This document shows, in pieces, positions 16,698 through 31,542 of a DNA stretch of 64,000 bases. The stretch lies in NCBI RefSeq assembly GCF_009914755.1, contig NC_060927.1; one strand, written 5' to 3'. Every line of letters starts with the position of its first letter. The first letter of the stretch is position 1. A program made the position numbers and the translations under genes. Under the pieces are notes generated by a model, which had not been told where the DNA came from, did not search any database, and saw nothing but the letters and a program-made list of their open reading frames with translations. Origin of the DNA: the human T2T-CHM13v2.0 reference genome, Homo sapiens.

Positions 16698-17170
16698 TTA
16701 AGGCAATCTTGGAATAGAGCTGTCAATGCAATAAAGAAAGTAGATTTTTTTTCTATTGTTGAATTTTTTCAAAGTCTTCATTTCTCTGGTTTTGAGCTAC
16801 AAACTTTCTCATCTTCCTGAACCTCCAGGCTATAAACTTTAACACTTCCAATCTACCCAAATAAATAATCTATGTTGAAACATACGACTTAACCCTATCC
16901 CTTTTGTCTCCACAAATTTATTTTGCATTTATTTTTTGACAGCCCAAACACCCACTTCCTTTGGAGTTGAGCCAGTCCACTTCTCTCACTTTAGCCTATA
17001 CTTTCTGCCTCCTTTTTTCACTTACCTGTGACCCTCTAATTGTTTGATTCCTCTGATTTTACATGACTGACAATGACTTGATTCCTTCATAATCAAAATT
17101 GGTTTTCTTGCTTTTTTTTGAATATGTAAATCATCCTTTTTTAAAAAAGTCTTACCATTAAGCTTCTCTA

Positions 17171-17575
<405 letters not shown>

Positions 17576-17959
17576 TCATTTTTGGCGTCGAGTAATGAGG
17601 GTAAGGAAACTTATTATTTATTAGAAGGATCCAGAAATGGCAGACTCAATGAATAAAAATTATTTTGCTGGTGTTAAAATGCATGTTCTTTAGAATTTTA
17701 TTTTAATCTTTAATTTGAAATAGTCTTTTCCTTCACAATGTCTCAGACATTATTGTCGATGTCTGAATCATCTATAAATTCCCAGCATACACTACATTGT
17801 CCTTTCTGAGCACAGTCAATTCCATTGGCAATATGGATAATTATTCTGATTATTGTAGGTGAATCTGTTCAGTAAGCAATTATGCAGCTTTGGAAATTTT
17901 CTAGACACTCTGAGAATGTGAAGTGTAAGAAGTTCATGTGGATGTGGTCTCAGAAGTCA

Positions 17960-18445
17960 AGACAGTGTTTAACCTTGGGGAAATGGATGCTTGTGACTGA
18001 AAAGAGGGTTCAAGGGGACTTCTAGTGTCTTGTAAATGTTCTCTTTCTTGATCTGGGTACTGATTACATGGGTATATTCAGTTTGTGAAAGTTCAGTCAG
18101 TTTTACACTTATGGTTTACATACATTTATGTATGTATTTTATACTTAAATACAAACTTAAACATTAAAATGATACCATAAATTTATTAGATGTGAACATA
18201 GAATTATTTTAAAACTTGACATTGAAGAAGTTCTTAACTATTACTCATAAATCAAAAGTCAATAGAAAAATAACTAACTAACTTGAGTAAAAAAAAGAAA
18301 ACATACCATACAAGGTCAAAAGTTAAATGCCAAATTAGAAAATATAGTTGCAACTTACATTATGACAAAGGGCTAAATCTTCTAGTATAGAAAGAGTTCC
18401 AAGAAATCAGTAAGCAAAAGAACTACCTAATTAAAAATGCATCTA
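17960..18445 (+). mobile_element. Old L1MC/L1ME fragments
   Basis: 3' UTR motif AATGTTCTCTTTCTTGATCTGGGTACTGATTACATGGG followed by the ORF2-like piece GACAAAGGGCTAAAT. Confidence 0.65.
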
Positions 18446-18449
18446 AGAG

Positions 18450-19195
<746 letters not shown>

Positions 19196-19249
19196 TGAGA
19201 CAAGAACTACTTTTATCTATTGACAAGTCTCTACCTTTCTTCCCAAACA

Positions 19250-19250
<1 letters not shown>

Positions 19251-19296
<46 letters not shown>
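19251..19296. repeat. (CA)23 microsatellite
   Basis: Perfect dinucleotide run read directly from the sequence. Confidence 0.98.
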
Positions 19297-19300
<4 letters not shown>

Positions 19301-20783
19301 TGTGTGTGGTGGTGGGGGAGGCAGAAGAATGTTTCTAACTGAGCTGCACTTAGAAACTCTACACTGCAGTTCTCAATCAAATGAATGGCAGTTCCAGCAC
19401 CTTTATGAACTTGCCAGTAACCATTAGTACAGCTCTAGGAAGCTGAATTTTTTTTTCATATATTTTATGGCTCACATTCTGCCACTGCAGCCATCATTGC
19501 CATCAGAATGCCACAGTGCATGGATTCTCACCTTCAGCATACATTTCCCTTCTGAGAAAAAAAAGGAGATTGACTTACACAATGATTCTGTTGATTTGAA
19601 GGAGAAAAAGAAGTCTGTAACTGAGACTATGCAGACAGTGCCATCCAGACTCACGTTTGTATTCTCAGCCCTAATTAGCTCTTTTGGAGCAGATTGTTTG
19701 CAATGAGCTCCAGAAAATTGAGTATGATTTACTCAAGGCAAACAAGGTTCAGTTGTTAACCTTCCAGTATTTAATGAGGTAATATCTTAAGGATGAACAA
19801 CAGTTAACAAAGAATCTCATCAATAAGAATCAAGACTGTGCCAGAATTCAATTTTACACCAAAAAACGAGTCTCTGGAGAAAAATAAATTCTATGGCATG
19901 AAGTGAGTGCAGGAAGTGCTATAAAAAAGTATCATTCTAACTTGAAGCCGATAATTTAATTTCAGGGTGTCCAATATTGAAAAGCAAATATAAGGAAAAC
20001 AATATTTTTATTCTGCTGCAGAAGGCAATGAAAAAACGATGAAAAATGTGACAAAAAGCATTTCTGACTTCATAGAGAGCATTATTCTAAAATTGTGAAT
20101 TTTAAATACTGTATAGTCTTAGCTATGAATTATTTCATTAATAAAACAAGTGATCAGAGTGAGGTGTGGGAGACTACTCAGACATTTTTGCATATGGTGG
20201 GAGGATTCCCGTGCTCCGCCCTAGGTGAGAATGAATCTACAGCCATTCCCACAACTCCTTGTACTCTTCCAACTTAGCTTTCCACACTAAATACTCACTC
20301 TTTGCTGAGTATGCTTCATATTGCTGCAGTTTCTTATCCTTTACCATCCTATTCTGTTTACCTGGACTACCTTTCCTGTCTTTCATGGTCTGCCAAGTTT
20401 TAGCTAATTTTTAAACTCCTAATCAAATTATCTTTTTACCAAAGAAAAATGAATCTCTTCTTCATATGTGTTTCTCGGATGCATTTTACACGGAGGTTTC
20501 TGGAGAGACTCTGAGCCACTAATAGGTAAAAACTGAACTATTATTTCTGTATTTTTAGCTCTGAGATCATAGCTGCTGGACTGAATTAAAAGAATTTGGA
20601 GTACTGGCACCTTCCATAAATCTCAGAATGTATTTTACATAGGTGCATAGAGAAAAATTTGCACAAAGAACATGTAGACACTAAGTAAGAATAAAAAGAT
20701 GCATTTTAATCACACCTCTTAGGACATCCCAGATACAGGATAGAAATTCAATTTCTGATTCTTGCTTAATTTGAAGAATGGGT

Positions 20784-21268
20784 TAGTGGAGTGATTGCAA
20801 AAATGGCTATAATTATTCCTTTCCTATATCAACACCCCCTTTATAATGTGATTTTCTAGCTTCTATCAACAAAAGGTGACATCTATGTCCCTACTCTGTG
20901 AACCTGGGATGACCTTGGAACTTGCTTCAACAATGAAATGCGTAAGTCATGCTGTGCGAGTCCCAAGCCTACACTTCAGAAGACCTTGAATTCTTCTGCT
21001 TCCTCTCTTAGGAATTTGCCCAGCTATCAGGTGAAACATCTTAAGCTAGCCTACTAGAAGTTGCCAGACCATATAGACTAGAAACAAGCCATCTCAGCTG
21101 GGACCATCTGAGTCCAGTCAGCCTAAGCTAACCTAACAGCTATGCAGAGATGCATGCGTGAATGCAGAGAAGACCAGATAAACCATTCAGCTGAGTCCTG
21201 CCCAAATTGCTAATCCACTGAGTAGTGAACTAAATGAATGGTTGTTGTTTAAAGTATCTGTGTTTTGA
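20784..21268 (+). mobile_element. MaLR LTR (MLT1G-like) lacking its last few tens of bp
   Basis: Starts TAGTGGAGTGATTGCAAAAATGGC, contains CAGCTGAGTCCTGCCCAAATTGC and GGTTGTTGTTTAAAG, then switches abruptly to L1. Confidence 0.75.
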
Positions 21269-21858
21269 CAACCCCATAAAAAGTGGGCAAATGATATGAA
21301 CAGACACTTCCTTTGAGAAACTTCTCAAAAGAAGACATTTATGTGGCCAACGAACAAATGAAAAAAAGCTAAACATCACTGATCACTAGAGAAATGCAAA
21401 TCAAAACCACAAGGAGATACCATCTCACACCATCTCATAATGGCAATTGTTAAAAAGTCAAGAAACAATAGAGGCTGGTGAGGCTATGGAGAAATAGGAA
21501 TGCTTTTATACTGTTGCTGGAAATATAAATTAGAGCAACCAACATGGAAGACAGTGTGGCAATTTCTCAAAGATCTAGAACCCGAAATACCATTTGACCC
21601 AGCAATCCCATTACTGAGTATATACCCAAAGGAATATAAATCATTCTACTATAAAGACACATGCACACGTATGTTTATTGCAGCACTATTTACAATAGCA
21701 AAGACATGGAACCAACCCAAATGCCCATCAATGATAGTCTGGATAAAGAAAATGTGGTACATATACACCGTGGAATACTATGCCACCATAAAAAAGAATG
21801 AGATCATGTCCTTTTCAGGGACATGGATGAAGCTGGAAGCCATCATCCTCAGCAAACT
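21269..21858 (+). mobile_element. Internal L1PA (L1PA7/8-like) ORF2 C-terminal fragment without 3' UTR or poly(A)
   Basis: ORF 21500-21910 reads [49 protein letters not shown]...LEAIILSKL and then leaves the sense L1 sequence. Confidence 0.92.
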
Positions 21859-24800
21859 TTTGCCCATTTTTAATAGGGGTGTGTGTGTGTGTGTGTGCAC
21901 GTGCTATTGAGATATCTGTGCTCCTTTTATAATCAGGATGCTAATTCCTTGTCAGGGGGGTAATTTGCAAATATTTTCTCCCATTCTGTGGGTTGTCTCT
22001 TCACTGTTGATTGTTTCCTTTGCTATATGGGAGCTTTTTAGCCTCATATAATCCTATTTTTCTATTTTTTTGCTTTAGTTACCTGTGCTTTGAGATCTTA
22101 TACAGAAAATCTTTGCCCAGACCAATGGCCTGTAATGTTTCCAAATGTTTTCTTCTAGTAGTTTTATAATTTTAGGTCTTAGATTTAAATGTATAGACCA
22201 TTTTCATTTGATTTTTTTGTGTGTCTAATAAAAGATTGTGTTTCCGTTTAATTCTCTGCATATAGATATTCAGTTTTCCTAGCACAATTTATTAAAGAAA
22301 CTGTTTTTCCCCATTTCATCATTGTTCGACAAAGATGAGTTGGCATAAATGTGTGGATTTATATCTGGGTTCTGTATTCTGTTTCATTTGTCTATGTATC
22401 TGTTTTTATGACAGTATGATGCTGATTTAGTTACTATAGCTTTGTAATAAATTCTGAAATCAGGTAGTGTGATGCCTCTAGGTTTGTTCTTTTAGCTCAG
22501 CATAACTTTGGCTATTCTGGCCATTTCTGAACATAGGGTTATATTAGTCTGTTTTCATGCTGCTGATAAAGACACCTGAAACTGGGAACAAAAAGAGGTT
22601 TAAATGTACTTACAGTTCCACATAGCTGAGGAAGCCTCAGAATCAAAATGGGAGGCAAAAGGCACTTCTCACATTGGAAGCAAGAGAAAAATGAGGAAGA
22701 AGCAAAGGTGGAAACCCCTGATAAAACCATCAGCTCTCATGAAACTTATTCATTATCATGAGAATAGCATAGGAAAGACCAGCCCACATGATTCAATTAC
22801 ATTCTCCTGGGTCCCTCCCACAAGATGTGGGAATTCTGCGAGATACGATTCAAATTGAGATTTGTGTGGGAACACAGCCAAACTATATCAAGGGTGTTAA
22901 AGTCCCCTATCATTATTATATTGCAGCCTATCTCTCCTTTTAAATTTATTAATGCATGCTTTATATACTTAGGAGCTCATATGTTGGGTGCATAGATACT
23001 TATAATTGTTATATTCTCTTACTGAACTGACCCTTTTATCATTATATAGTGACCTTCTTTGTCTGTTTTTATAGACTTTTATTTGTAATCATCATTTTAT
23101 CTAAGTATAGCTACTCCTGCTCTTTAGTGGTTTCCAGTTGCCTTGAATACATTTTTTTTGCACCCCTTCATTTTCACTTTATGTGTACCTTTATTGGTGA
23201 AGTAGATTTTGTGTAGGTAGCGTATAGTTGGGTTTTCTTTCCTTATTCATTCAGCTTCTCTATAGCTTTTTATTGGAGAATTTAGTCCATTAACATTCAG
23301 TGTTATTATTAAGAATTACTACTGTCATTTCTGGATTGTTTTCTGGTTGTTTTGTAACTTCTCTCTTCCTTTCTTTTTTCTTCCTGTCTTTTGTGATTAG
23401 TGGTTTTCTCTGGTAGCATGTTTTAATTCATTGCTATTTATTTTTTGTGAGTATATTATAGGTTTTGCATTGTGGTTACCATGTGACTTATAAAAAACAT
23501 AAACATAACAAGTTGTCTTAAAGAGATGAGTACTTATCTTAGATCACACAGAAAATAATAGAAATAAAAAAGAAAAATATTCTACCCTTTAACATCGTAC
23601 CCCCACATTTTGACTCTTAGTTGTTTCAACTTATTTTTTATTATGTATCTCTTAATAGGTTTCTATAACTATAGCAAAATGATATATTTGCATTTTGGGC
23701 TTCATAGTGGAATTATAAGTGGATTACACACTACAATTCAAATATCAGAGTATTTTAGTTTGTCCGTATGTTTAATTTTACCAGTGGGTTTTATACCTTC
23801 AATTTTTTAAAGTTCATTTATTTTTTTCTTTAAGATCGAAGAATTTCCTTTAGCATTTAGCACTTCCTGTAAGACAAATCTGGTGATGGTGAATACCCTC
23901 AGTTTTATTTGTTTGGGAAAGACTTTATATCACTTTAATATTAGCAGGATAAGCGTGCTGGATACGGTATTCTTGAATGGCAATTCTTTTCTTTCAGCAC
24001 TTCGAAAATGTCAAGAATATCATTCTGCTCCCTCTTGGCCTATATGCTTTTTGTTGAAAATTCTGTTGCCAGATGAATTGGAGCTCCTTTATATGTTATT
24101 TGCTTCTTTTCTCTTGTTGCTTTTAGTATCTTCTGTTTGTTGTTGACTTTTAAGAATTTGATTAATTTAGGCTTGGGGCGGTCTCATTTGGGTCTAATCT
24201 GTTGGTATTCTCTGCCCTTCCTGTACCTGGATATTTAAATCTTTATTGAATTTTGAGAAGTGTACTCTTATTATTTATTTGAATAAGCTTTCCACTTTGT
24301 GCTCTTGCTCAACTCCTTTTTGAACACCACTAATTCTTATATTTGGTATTTTGATCTAATTTTCTGTATCTTGTAGGTGATCTTTGTTGCTTTTCAATTT
24401 TTCTTTTTCTCCTCTCACTGTATTTTTAAATGGGCTGTCTTCAAGATCACTGATTCTTTCCTCTGCTTGATCCACTTTGCTGTTGAGATCCTTTAATGAA
24501 TTTTTCAGTCTAGCAAATGTATTTTCTAAGTTCCAAAATTTCTGTTTGCCTTCTTAAAATACTTCAATCTCTTTGTTAAATTTCTGTGATTAATTTCAGA
24601 ATTATTTTTCTGTGTTATCTTGGAGATCACTGTTTTCTTAAAACTGCAGTTTTGAATTCTTGGTCAGAGAGCCCACATATCACGGTCTCTTTAGGGTCAG
24701 TCACTGATTCTTTGCTTTGTTAATTGGGGAGATTATGATTCCCTGTTTGCTGTTGTTTCTTGTGGACATATATCTATGTCTTTGCATTGAAGGATTAATT

Positions 24801-25565
24801 ATTTATTCCAGTCTTCTGTCTGGCTGATTTTGTTTTTTATTAAATATGTTTGCTTAGATGTTGTTTGCCACTAGATCATTGCCTCCTTTTTGGCTCTAGG
24901 TGGCATCTTAAGCCCAGGTTCACTTCAGCTCTAGTAAAGGATAGGAGCACTGGCCTTCCTCATTGCGGAAGCTCAGGAAGGGGATACCCAGCAATGTGGG
25001 AAAACTGGAAAGGGGCTTGTGTCCAGAGGACTTATGGAATAAATCTACAGCGTGGTGATGCTGAACAGCCACTCTGACTGGGCATGTCCTTTGACTGAGT
25101 TATAGAGCAGAAGTTCTAGGACTGGGGATGGTAGTCCCATCTTCTCTTTTTGTCTTCCCTGTCCTCAGTGATGCTTAAGGGACTCATGATGCTTCCTGTG
25201 GATTAAGGCATGAGCAGATTTCCTGCCAGCAAACTCAAGATGGTGGTACAACACCGTCTTGAGGTGGCCGTCCACCTCAATACGTTTTGTCCTTTTTAAA
25301 AATTGTGAGTTGGACGAAAATTTTCCTGGTGCTTGGTGCTTGGCAGAATAGGGGGAGGGACATCACAGATACGCAGGTTACATTCTTTTACTGTCTACCT
25401 GGAGTTTTCTCACTTCTCCGTGGCCCTGGGAAGTGTCTCATCTTCATATTTGAATTGTCTAATATTGCTAGTGATGATTTTGGTGCTGTATGTTAGTTTT
25501 TGGTTTTCTGTGGTGGGTAGTGAAACCAACTTGCTTCTATTTTGCCATTATGGAACCAGAAGCCA
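21859..25565 (-). mobile_element. L1MA/L1M2-like LINE-1: 5' UTR, ORF1, EN and late ORF2, with a large internal ORF2 deletion near 22520
   Basis: Antisense late-ORF2 sequence (21859-22520) jumps to EN sequence (GTGTTAAAGTCCCCTATCATT), then ORF1 and 5' UTR, ending in the L1 5'-terminal motif CTATTTTGCCATTATGGAACCAGAAG. Confidence 0.75.
22540..22890 (-). mobile_element. THE1 solo LTR (THE1D-like)
   Basis: TATATTAGTCTGTTTTCATGCTGCTGATAAAGACA...ACACAGCCAAACTATATCA with 5-bp TSD AGGGT (22535-22539 and 22891-22895). Confidence 0.93.
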
Positions 25566-28500
25566 GTCTTTTCACTTTCTTGAAAATGTCCTTTTATGAA
25601 AAAAAGTTAGTAACTTTGATGCAGCCTTCAATTTATCTATATTTTGTTTTGATGCTTGAGCTTTTGGTGTCATATTTTAAGAATCTTAAACTAATATAAG
25701 ATTATGATGATTTAACCCTATGTTTTCTTTTAAGGGCTTACAGTTTTAACACTTAAATTTAGGTTGTTGAATCATTTTGAGTTAATTGTTATATATGGTG
25801 TGAGATAGAAATTCAACTTTATTCTTTAACTCTGCTGTCCCAGCACAATTTGTGGAAGAGATTCTCCTTTTACCATTGAACGGTCTTGGCACTCTTGCTG
25901 AAAATCAATTGGCTATAGATGTATGAGTCTATTTATGGACTCTTGATTTTTTTTCCTTTGGCCTGTATATCTCTCCTTATGCCACTAAAACACTGATTTG
26001 ATTGCTAGAGCTTTGCAGTAATTTGAAATTGGGGAGTATGAATCTTCCAACTTTGTTCTTTTTTAAAAGACTGTTTTGGTTATTCAGGTCTCCTTGCAAT
26101 TTCAAATAAATTTGAGGACTTCATCAACTCTGTAGATCATTTTGTGCAGTATTGGCATATTAGCAGTATTAGATTGTTGAATTTGTGAATACAAAATGTC
26201 TCTTCATTTGCTCAGATCTTTAATTTCTTTCAGCAATGTTTTGCAGTTTTTAGTGTACAGATCTTTCACGTCCTTGGTTACATTTATTCCTAGGAATTTT
26301 ATTCTTTTGGATGCTATTGTAAATGGAAATGTCCTTTCATATGTTAAGGCTAACCCCTTATATTCTTAATTTTCTGAAAGTTTTGATCATGAAAGCGTGT
26401 TGAATTTTGCCGAATGCCTTTTTCTGCATCGATTGAAGTGATTATGATTTTTCTTCTGCTTTGTTCTATTTTTGTGGTGCGTTGGATTGATTGATTGTCT
26501 CATGTTGAACAAACTTTTCATTCCTGGGGAAAATTCTACTTGTTCATATTCTTTCAATATGCAGTTTAATTTTGTTTTCTGGTATGTTATTGAGAATTTT
26601 TGCATATATATTCATAAAGAATGTTTATCTGTAATTTTCCTTTTTTGTGATGTCTTTATCTGGCTTTGATATTCTGGTAATGCTGACCTCATACAATGAG
26701 TTAAGCATTTTCTCTTTTTTCATTTTTTTAAATAGTTTGAAAAGAATTGGTCTTAATGCTTTTTAAAATGTTTGCTAGAATTTACTAGTGAAGACTTTGG
26801 GTCCTTGACTGTTTTTGTTCAGAGGGTTATTTTATTATTATTGATTAAATCTACTTATTTGTTACAGGTCTGCCGATATTTTCAATTTCTTTTTTAGTCA
26901 TTTAAATTAATTTGTACATTTCTAGGACCATTCTCATTTCATCTAGTTTATCTAATTTGTTGGTATATAATTGTTCATCTTTTTTCCTCATGATTTTTAA
27001 AAATTTCTGTAAAGTCAGTAAAATGTCCCCACTTACATTCTTATTTTATTTGTTTGCATAAACTACCTCTCTTTTTATTTTCAATCCAGCTAGGGGTTTG
27101 TCAAATTGTTGATTTTTTTTTCAAAGAACCAGAGTTTGCTATTATTGATTTTCTCTATTGTTTTTCTATTACCTATTTCATTTATTTCCACTGTTACCTT
27201 ATTATTATTTTTTTCCTTGCTAGCTTTGGCTTACAGGAAAATTTTTTCAAAATTGTTAAGTTGTAAAGTCAAACTATTGAGATGATTTTTAATGTGAGCA
27301 CTTATAGCTATACATTTTTCTTTAAGCATTGCTTTCTATACATGTTACAAGTTTTGTTCTGTTGTGCTTCATTTTTATTTACCTCAATTTTTTCCTAATT
27401 TCTCTTGAATTTCTTTAACTCATTGGGTATTTAAGGCTATGTTATCTAATTTCCAGATATTTGTGGATTTTCCAGTTTTCCTTCTGTTAATAATTTTAAC
27501 TTTAGTTCATTGTATTTGTAAAAGATGATCTGTATAATTTCAACGTTTTAAAATTTATTGAGACTTGTGGATTAACATACAGACTATCCTGGAGAATGTT
27601 CCATATGCACTTATGTGTATTCTTCTACTGGTGAGAAGAATGTTTTATATATGTCTTTTAGGTCTGGTGATATATATTAATAGTATAGTATAGTGTAGTA
27701 TTTTTGATCTATATTGACCCATCTAGATCTTCTGTCTATTTTTTAAAGTGGGTATATAAAGTCTCTAAATATTATTTTAGAAAAGCCTATCTCTTCCTCT
27801 GGTTTTGTCAACATTTGCTTCATGTGTATTGGGGCTTTGTTATTTGATGCATATATATTTACAATTGTTATATCTTCTTGAAAAATTGACCCTTTTACCA
27901 ACATGTAGTGTAGTTCTCTCTTGTAGAAGTTTTGCTTATGTCTATTTTTCTGAATTTAGTATAGCTACTCTAGCTCTCTTTTGATTATAATTTGCATAAA
28001 CATATTTTCAATCCTTTCACTTCCAACCTATTTGCGTCTTTGGATCTAAAGTGAATGTCTTATAGATCTCATATAGTTGGATCCTTTTTAAAATTCCACT
28101 CTACAAATCTTTGCCTTTTGATTAGAGTGCTTAATCCACTTACATTTAAATTAATTACTGGTAAGGAAAAACTGCCATTATGCCATTTATTTTCTCTATG
28201 GTTTTTACCTTTGTTGTCCTTCATATCCTCTATTGTCATTTTCTTTGTGTTTAGTTGATTGTAGTAAAGTATTTTGAATCATTCTCTGTTCTTTTTGTGT
28301 CTATTTTAAAATACACATTTACTTTTGTAGTAACCATGGGGGCTGTCTTTAATATCCTATGTTTATAGGATATAGTTTGAATTAATACCAACATAACTTC
28401 AATAGCAGACAAAAACTCTGCTCCTATACATATTTGTTCTCCCCCTTGTTGTGTTGTAGTTGTCAAAAATTACATCTTATAGATTGTATACCTAATAATA

Positions 28501-29292
28501 TATATTTATTATTATTATACATTTGACTTTTAAATTATTTAGAAAATAATAAATTTGAATTGCAAACCAAAAATATAAGAATACTAGTTTTTATATTTGC
28601 CCATTTAGTTGCTTTTATTGAAATTCTTTATTTATTCATAAAGAATCAAATTACATTCTTAGAGTTACTCATTTGCCATTTCTTCCTCAGCTCTTGTTAT
28701 TCTGGGAATGTCTTCATTTCTCTCCATATGAAGCACAGTTTTGTTAGATATAAAATTATTGGTTGACAGGTTTTTTCTTTCTTTTAGCACCTTAAATATG
28801 CCATCCCACTGTCTCTCCTGCCATGGTTTCTGTTGAGAAATTGGCTTTTAATTTTATGAAGTCTGTCATATGTGATCATGTTACTGCTCTGTTGCTGCTT
28901 TCAAGAATTTCTTGTAGTTTTTGTTTTTGATTAGAGTACATCTCAGGATGGATCCTTTTAGGTTTATCAGAGTGGAGGGACTAAGTTTCTTGAATTTATA
29001 GATTTAAACCTTTCATCAGGTTTGGGAAGTTTGTAGCCATTCCTTCAAATATTGTTTATGCACATTTCTCTCTCTTTGTTTCTGGGTTTCCCATTATGCA
29101 CATGTTAGTGTACTTGATAGTGTTCTATAGGTTCCATAGGCTTTTTACTTTATTTATTCTTTTTGCTCTTCAGATTGGATGATGTCAACTTTGCTGTCTT
29201 CAAATTCATGATTCTTTCTTTTGACTCTTCAAATCTACCTGCTTAACCTCTCTTATTTTAGTTATGGTACTCTTGGAACTCTTCAGTTCCAG

Positions 29293-29450
29293 CATATCTA
29301 TATCTATATCAGTACATATAGATACAGATATAGATATAGCAGTATATCTATATATACTATATCTATATCATATATATCATATATATATCATATATATCTA
29401 TATCAGTAGATATAGATATATCAGTAGATATATATATAGAGAGAGAGATA
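29293..29450. repeat. Complex (TATATC/GATATA)n low-complexity tract
   Basis: Alternating ATATCT and AGATAT blocks, ending in (GA)n. Confidence 0.9.
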
Positions 29451-29933
29451 TTCAATCTTCTTTTTAGCATTCTAATTTTGTTCACATATCTTTTTTTCTT
29501 ATTTCCTTTGGCTTTTGTCCATCTCTATCTCCAATTTAGTTCTTTGAATATATTGATATTTGACAAAATCTTCGTGTACTAATTCCAATGTCTAGGTTTC
29601 CTCAAGGGCAGTCTCTGTCAATTTATTTTGTTCCCTTGAATGGGTCATGCTTCCTGTTTCTTTGTATACTTTGTGTTTTTTTTTGTTTGTTTACAATTGG
29701 GCATTTGAGTATCATATTGTGGTAATATTGTATTGTAAATATCATATTGTGTAAATCAGCTCCCTCTCCTCTAGAGTTTGCTTTTTTTGGATTGTTGATA
29801 GTTGTGGTCATCCATTTGTTGATTGGCTTTCCCAAACCGCAGCATTTGTGCAAAGTCTGTTTTTTTTTTTTTGTCGTTTGGGGGTCCCTTATGCCTCTTT
29901 TATTTTAGCTTGTGTTTAGAAAGTGCTTTGACA

Positions 29934-29961
29934 GATATATATATATATATATATATATATT
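29934..29961. repeat. (AT)14 microsatellite
   Basis: Read directly from the sequence. Confidence 0.95.
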
Positions 29962-31542
29962 TAACATGATGAGCCATACGAGCAAAAACATCTCTCCCAG
30001 TCTTTGCATATCGGCTTTGTATTGGAACACTCCTTCAACACTCAGCTGGTACTGCACTGAGCCTAAATATATGATAGATATGAAAGCTTAGCCTCTTTTC
30101 AGTACTTTTTTTTAATTATGAGGTCTTGCCCTGGACATGTTCGTGGCTTTCTAAATTCTCTAGTGTACCTGGGTGCTTTTGAATGCCCTAACTTTCCAAA
30201 TAAACTCTCCCTAGCTTTTCTTCCCATGCTTTTGATAGTTTATTGAATGTCTCAATTGTATCTTTTGTCACAGGCCACTGTTGGTTTTTCATTAGCCTTA
30301 CAATGTTTTCAAATATTGTTCACCAACTTTCCTTCCTGAATAAGTTCCCATGTTAGGCAAAACAGAGATGACACCTTTGGTCAATCCTTCAGGTATCCCC
30401 CAGGCAAGTTAGGACAGACATATTGAATAATCTGTGAATAAGGTATTTTCTGCTTTCCCTGGAAACACAGACTAGGTTCCACACTAGGAATTTGGCCTGC
30501 AATCTTCAAGACTGCTGCTGAGCTTGGGAGAGAATGAAGTAAGTTAAATGCCACAAAGCTTTTCTACCATTTAATAGTTGCCTTTACTTGATTTAGTACT
30601 TACTGAGTTGCTACAAATCTTTAACTGTTTTCTGTAGTTCTAGCAAAGTTAGTTCTGACAGTTTCTGCTTGGTTCTCAATGTTTCTGTGGAAAGGAAGAA
30701 GCTTAAAGTTGCTTACTCTGATATTTTGCTCATATACCATGGGAGCAGTAGAGTTTTCCCGTGTATTTTTGTAATTACTTCTCATCTACAGAGGCAAAAA
30801 ATAGTATCTCATTGTTTCTATTGTTATTTCTCTGATAATTTGTTAGGTTGTATCCCTCTTCATAAGTTTCTTAGGCACTTTGCTGAGAATTTAGGTTTTT
30901 TGTTTCTTACTGGTTTGCAGAATTTCTTTAGATAGTCTTCATATGAATTCTTTGTTATATATGTTGTAATTATTTTCTTCTCCCTTCCATTTTATTTTAA
31001 TACTGTTTATGATGCCCACACTAAAAAATTTTTATAATTTTTATATAGTTAAGCTCAATAATATTTTCCTTTATGGCTTTTGAGTTGTATGCCTTGCTTA
31101 ACAAGGTCTTTCCTAAAAATATTTTCTAGAGCAAATCTAATTTTTATGTATTATCTTTTTAAATATTATTTAAACAATAAAATATTTATTAAAATACTTG
31201 AATAAATAAAAATTTATTTACATTTTTGATTCCATTACGTTGTACTCTAAATTTTTGCAAATGTCTTTTTATTTTGATTTTTTTTCAACTGCTTTTGACT
31301 TTGTTTCAACATTCTTTCTGAGATTTCACTTTTCTTGCATGCTGTAGCCTGCTTCCACTAATTAGAGAATGGCATGGAACAAGCTTATCTGGGTCATTCA
31401 CCAGTGGCTTGTGTTTGGAGGGAGCATGATCTTGTTCCTTCTGGGTGTCACCACTCACCTTGACACTTCTTGTCCTCTTTCATACAAGTATCCACATCTC
31501 TGCCCTAAAGTTTGTGTCACCAAAGTATGAAAGAAAAACTGG

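Larger units (their letters stand above)
25566..30730 (-). mobile_element. Older L1M (L1MC/MD-like): decayed ORF2, ORF1 and 5' region
   Basis: Collinear antisense ORF2 remnants (QVEFSPGMKSLFN in ORF 26387-26605), EN-like sequence near 27750-28100, ORF1-like and 5' UTR-like sequence to ~30730. Confidence 0.75.

Noticed and set aside
19330-20260. Repeat-free stretch as a conserved enhancer or exon (also ~43200-44550 and ~56040-57050)
   Set aside because: Absence of recognisable repeats is not evidence of function, and conservation cannot be judged from one sequence.
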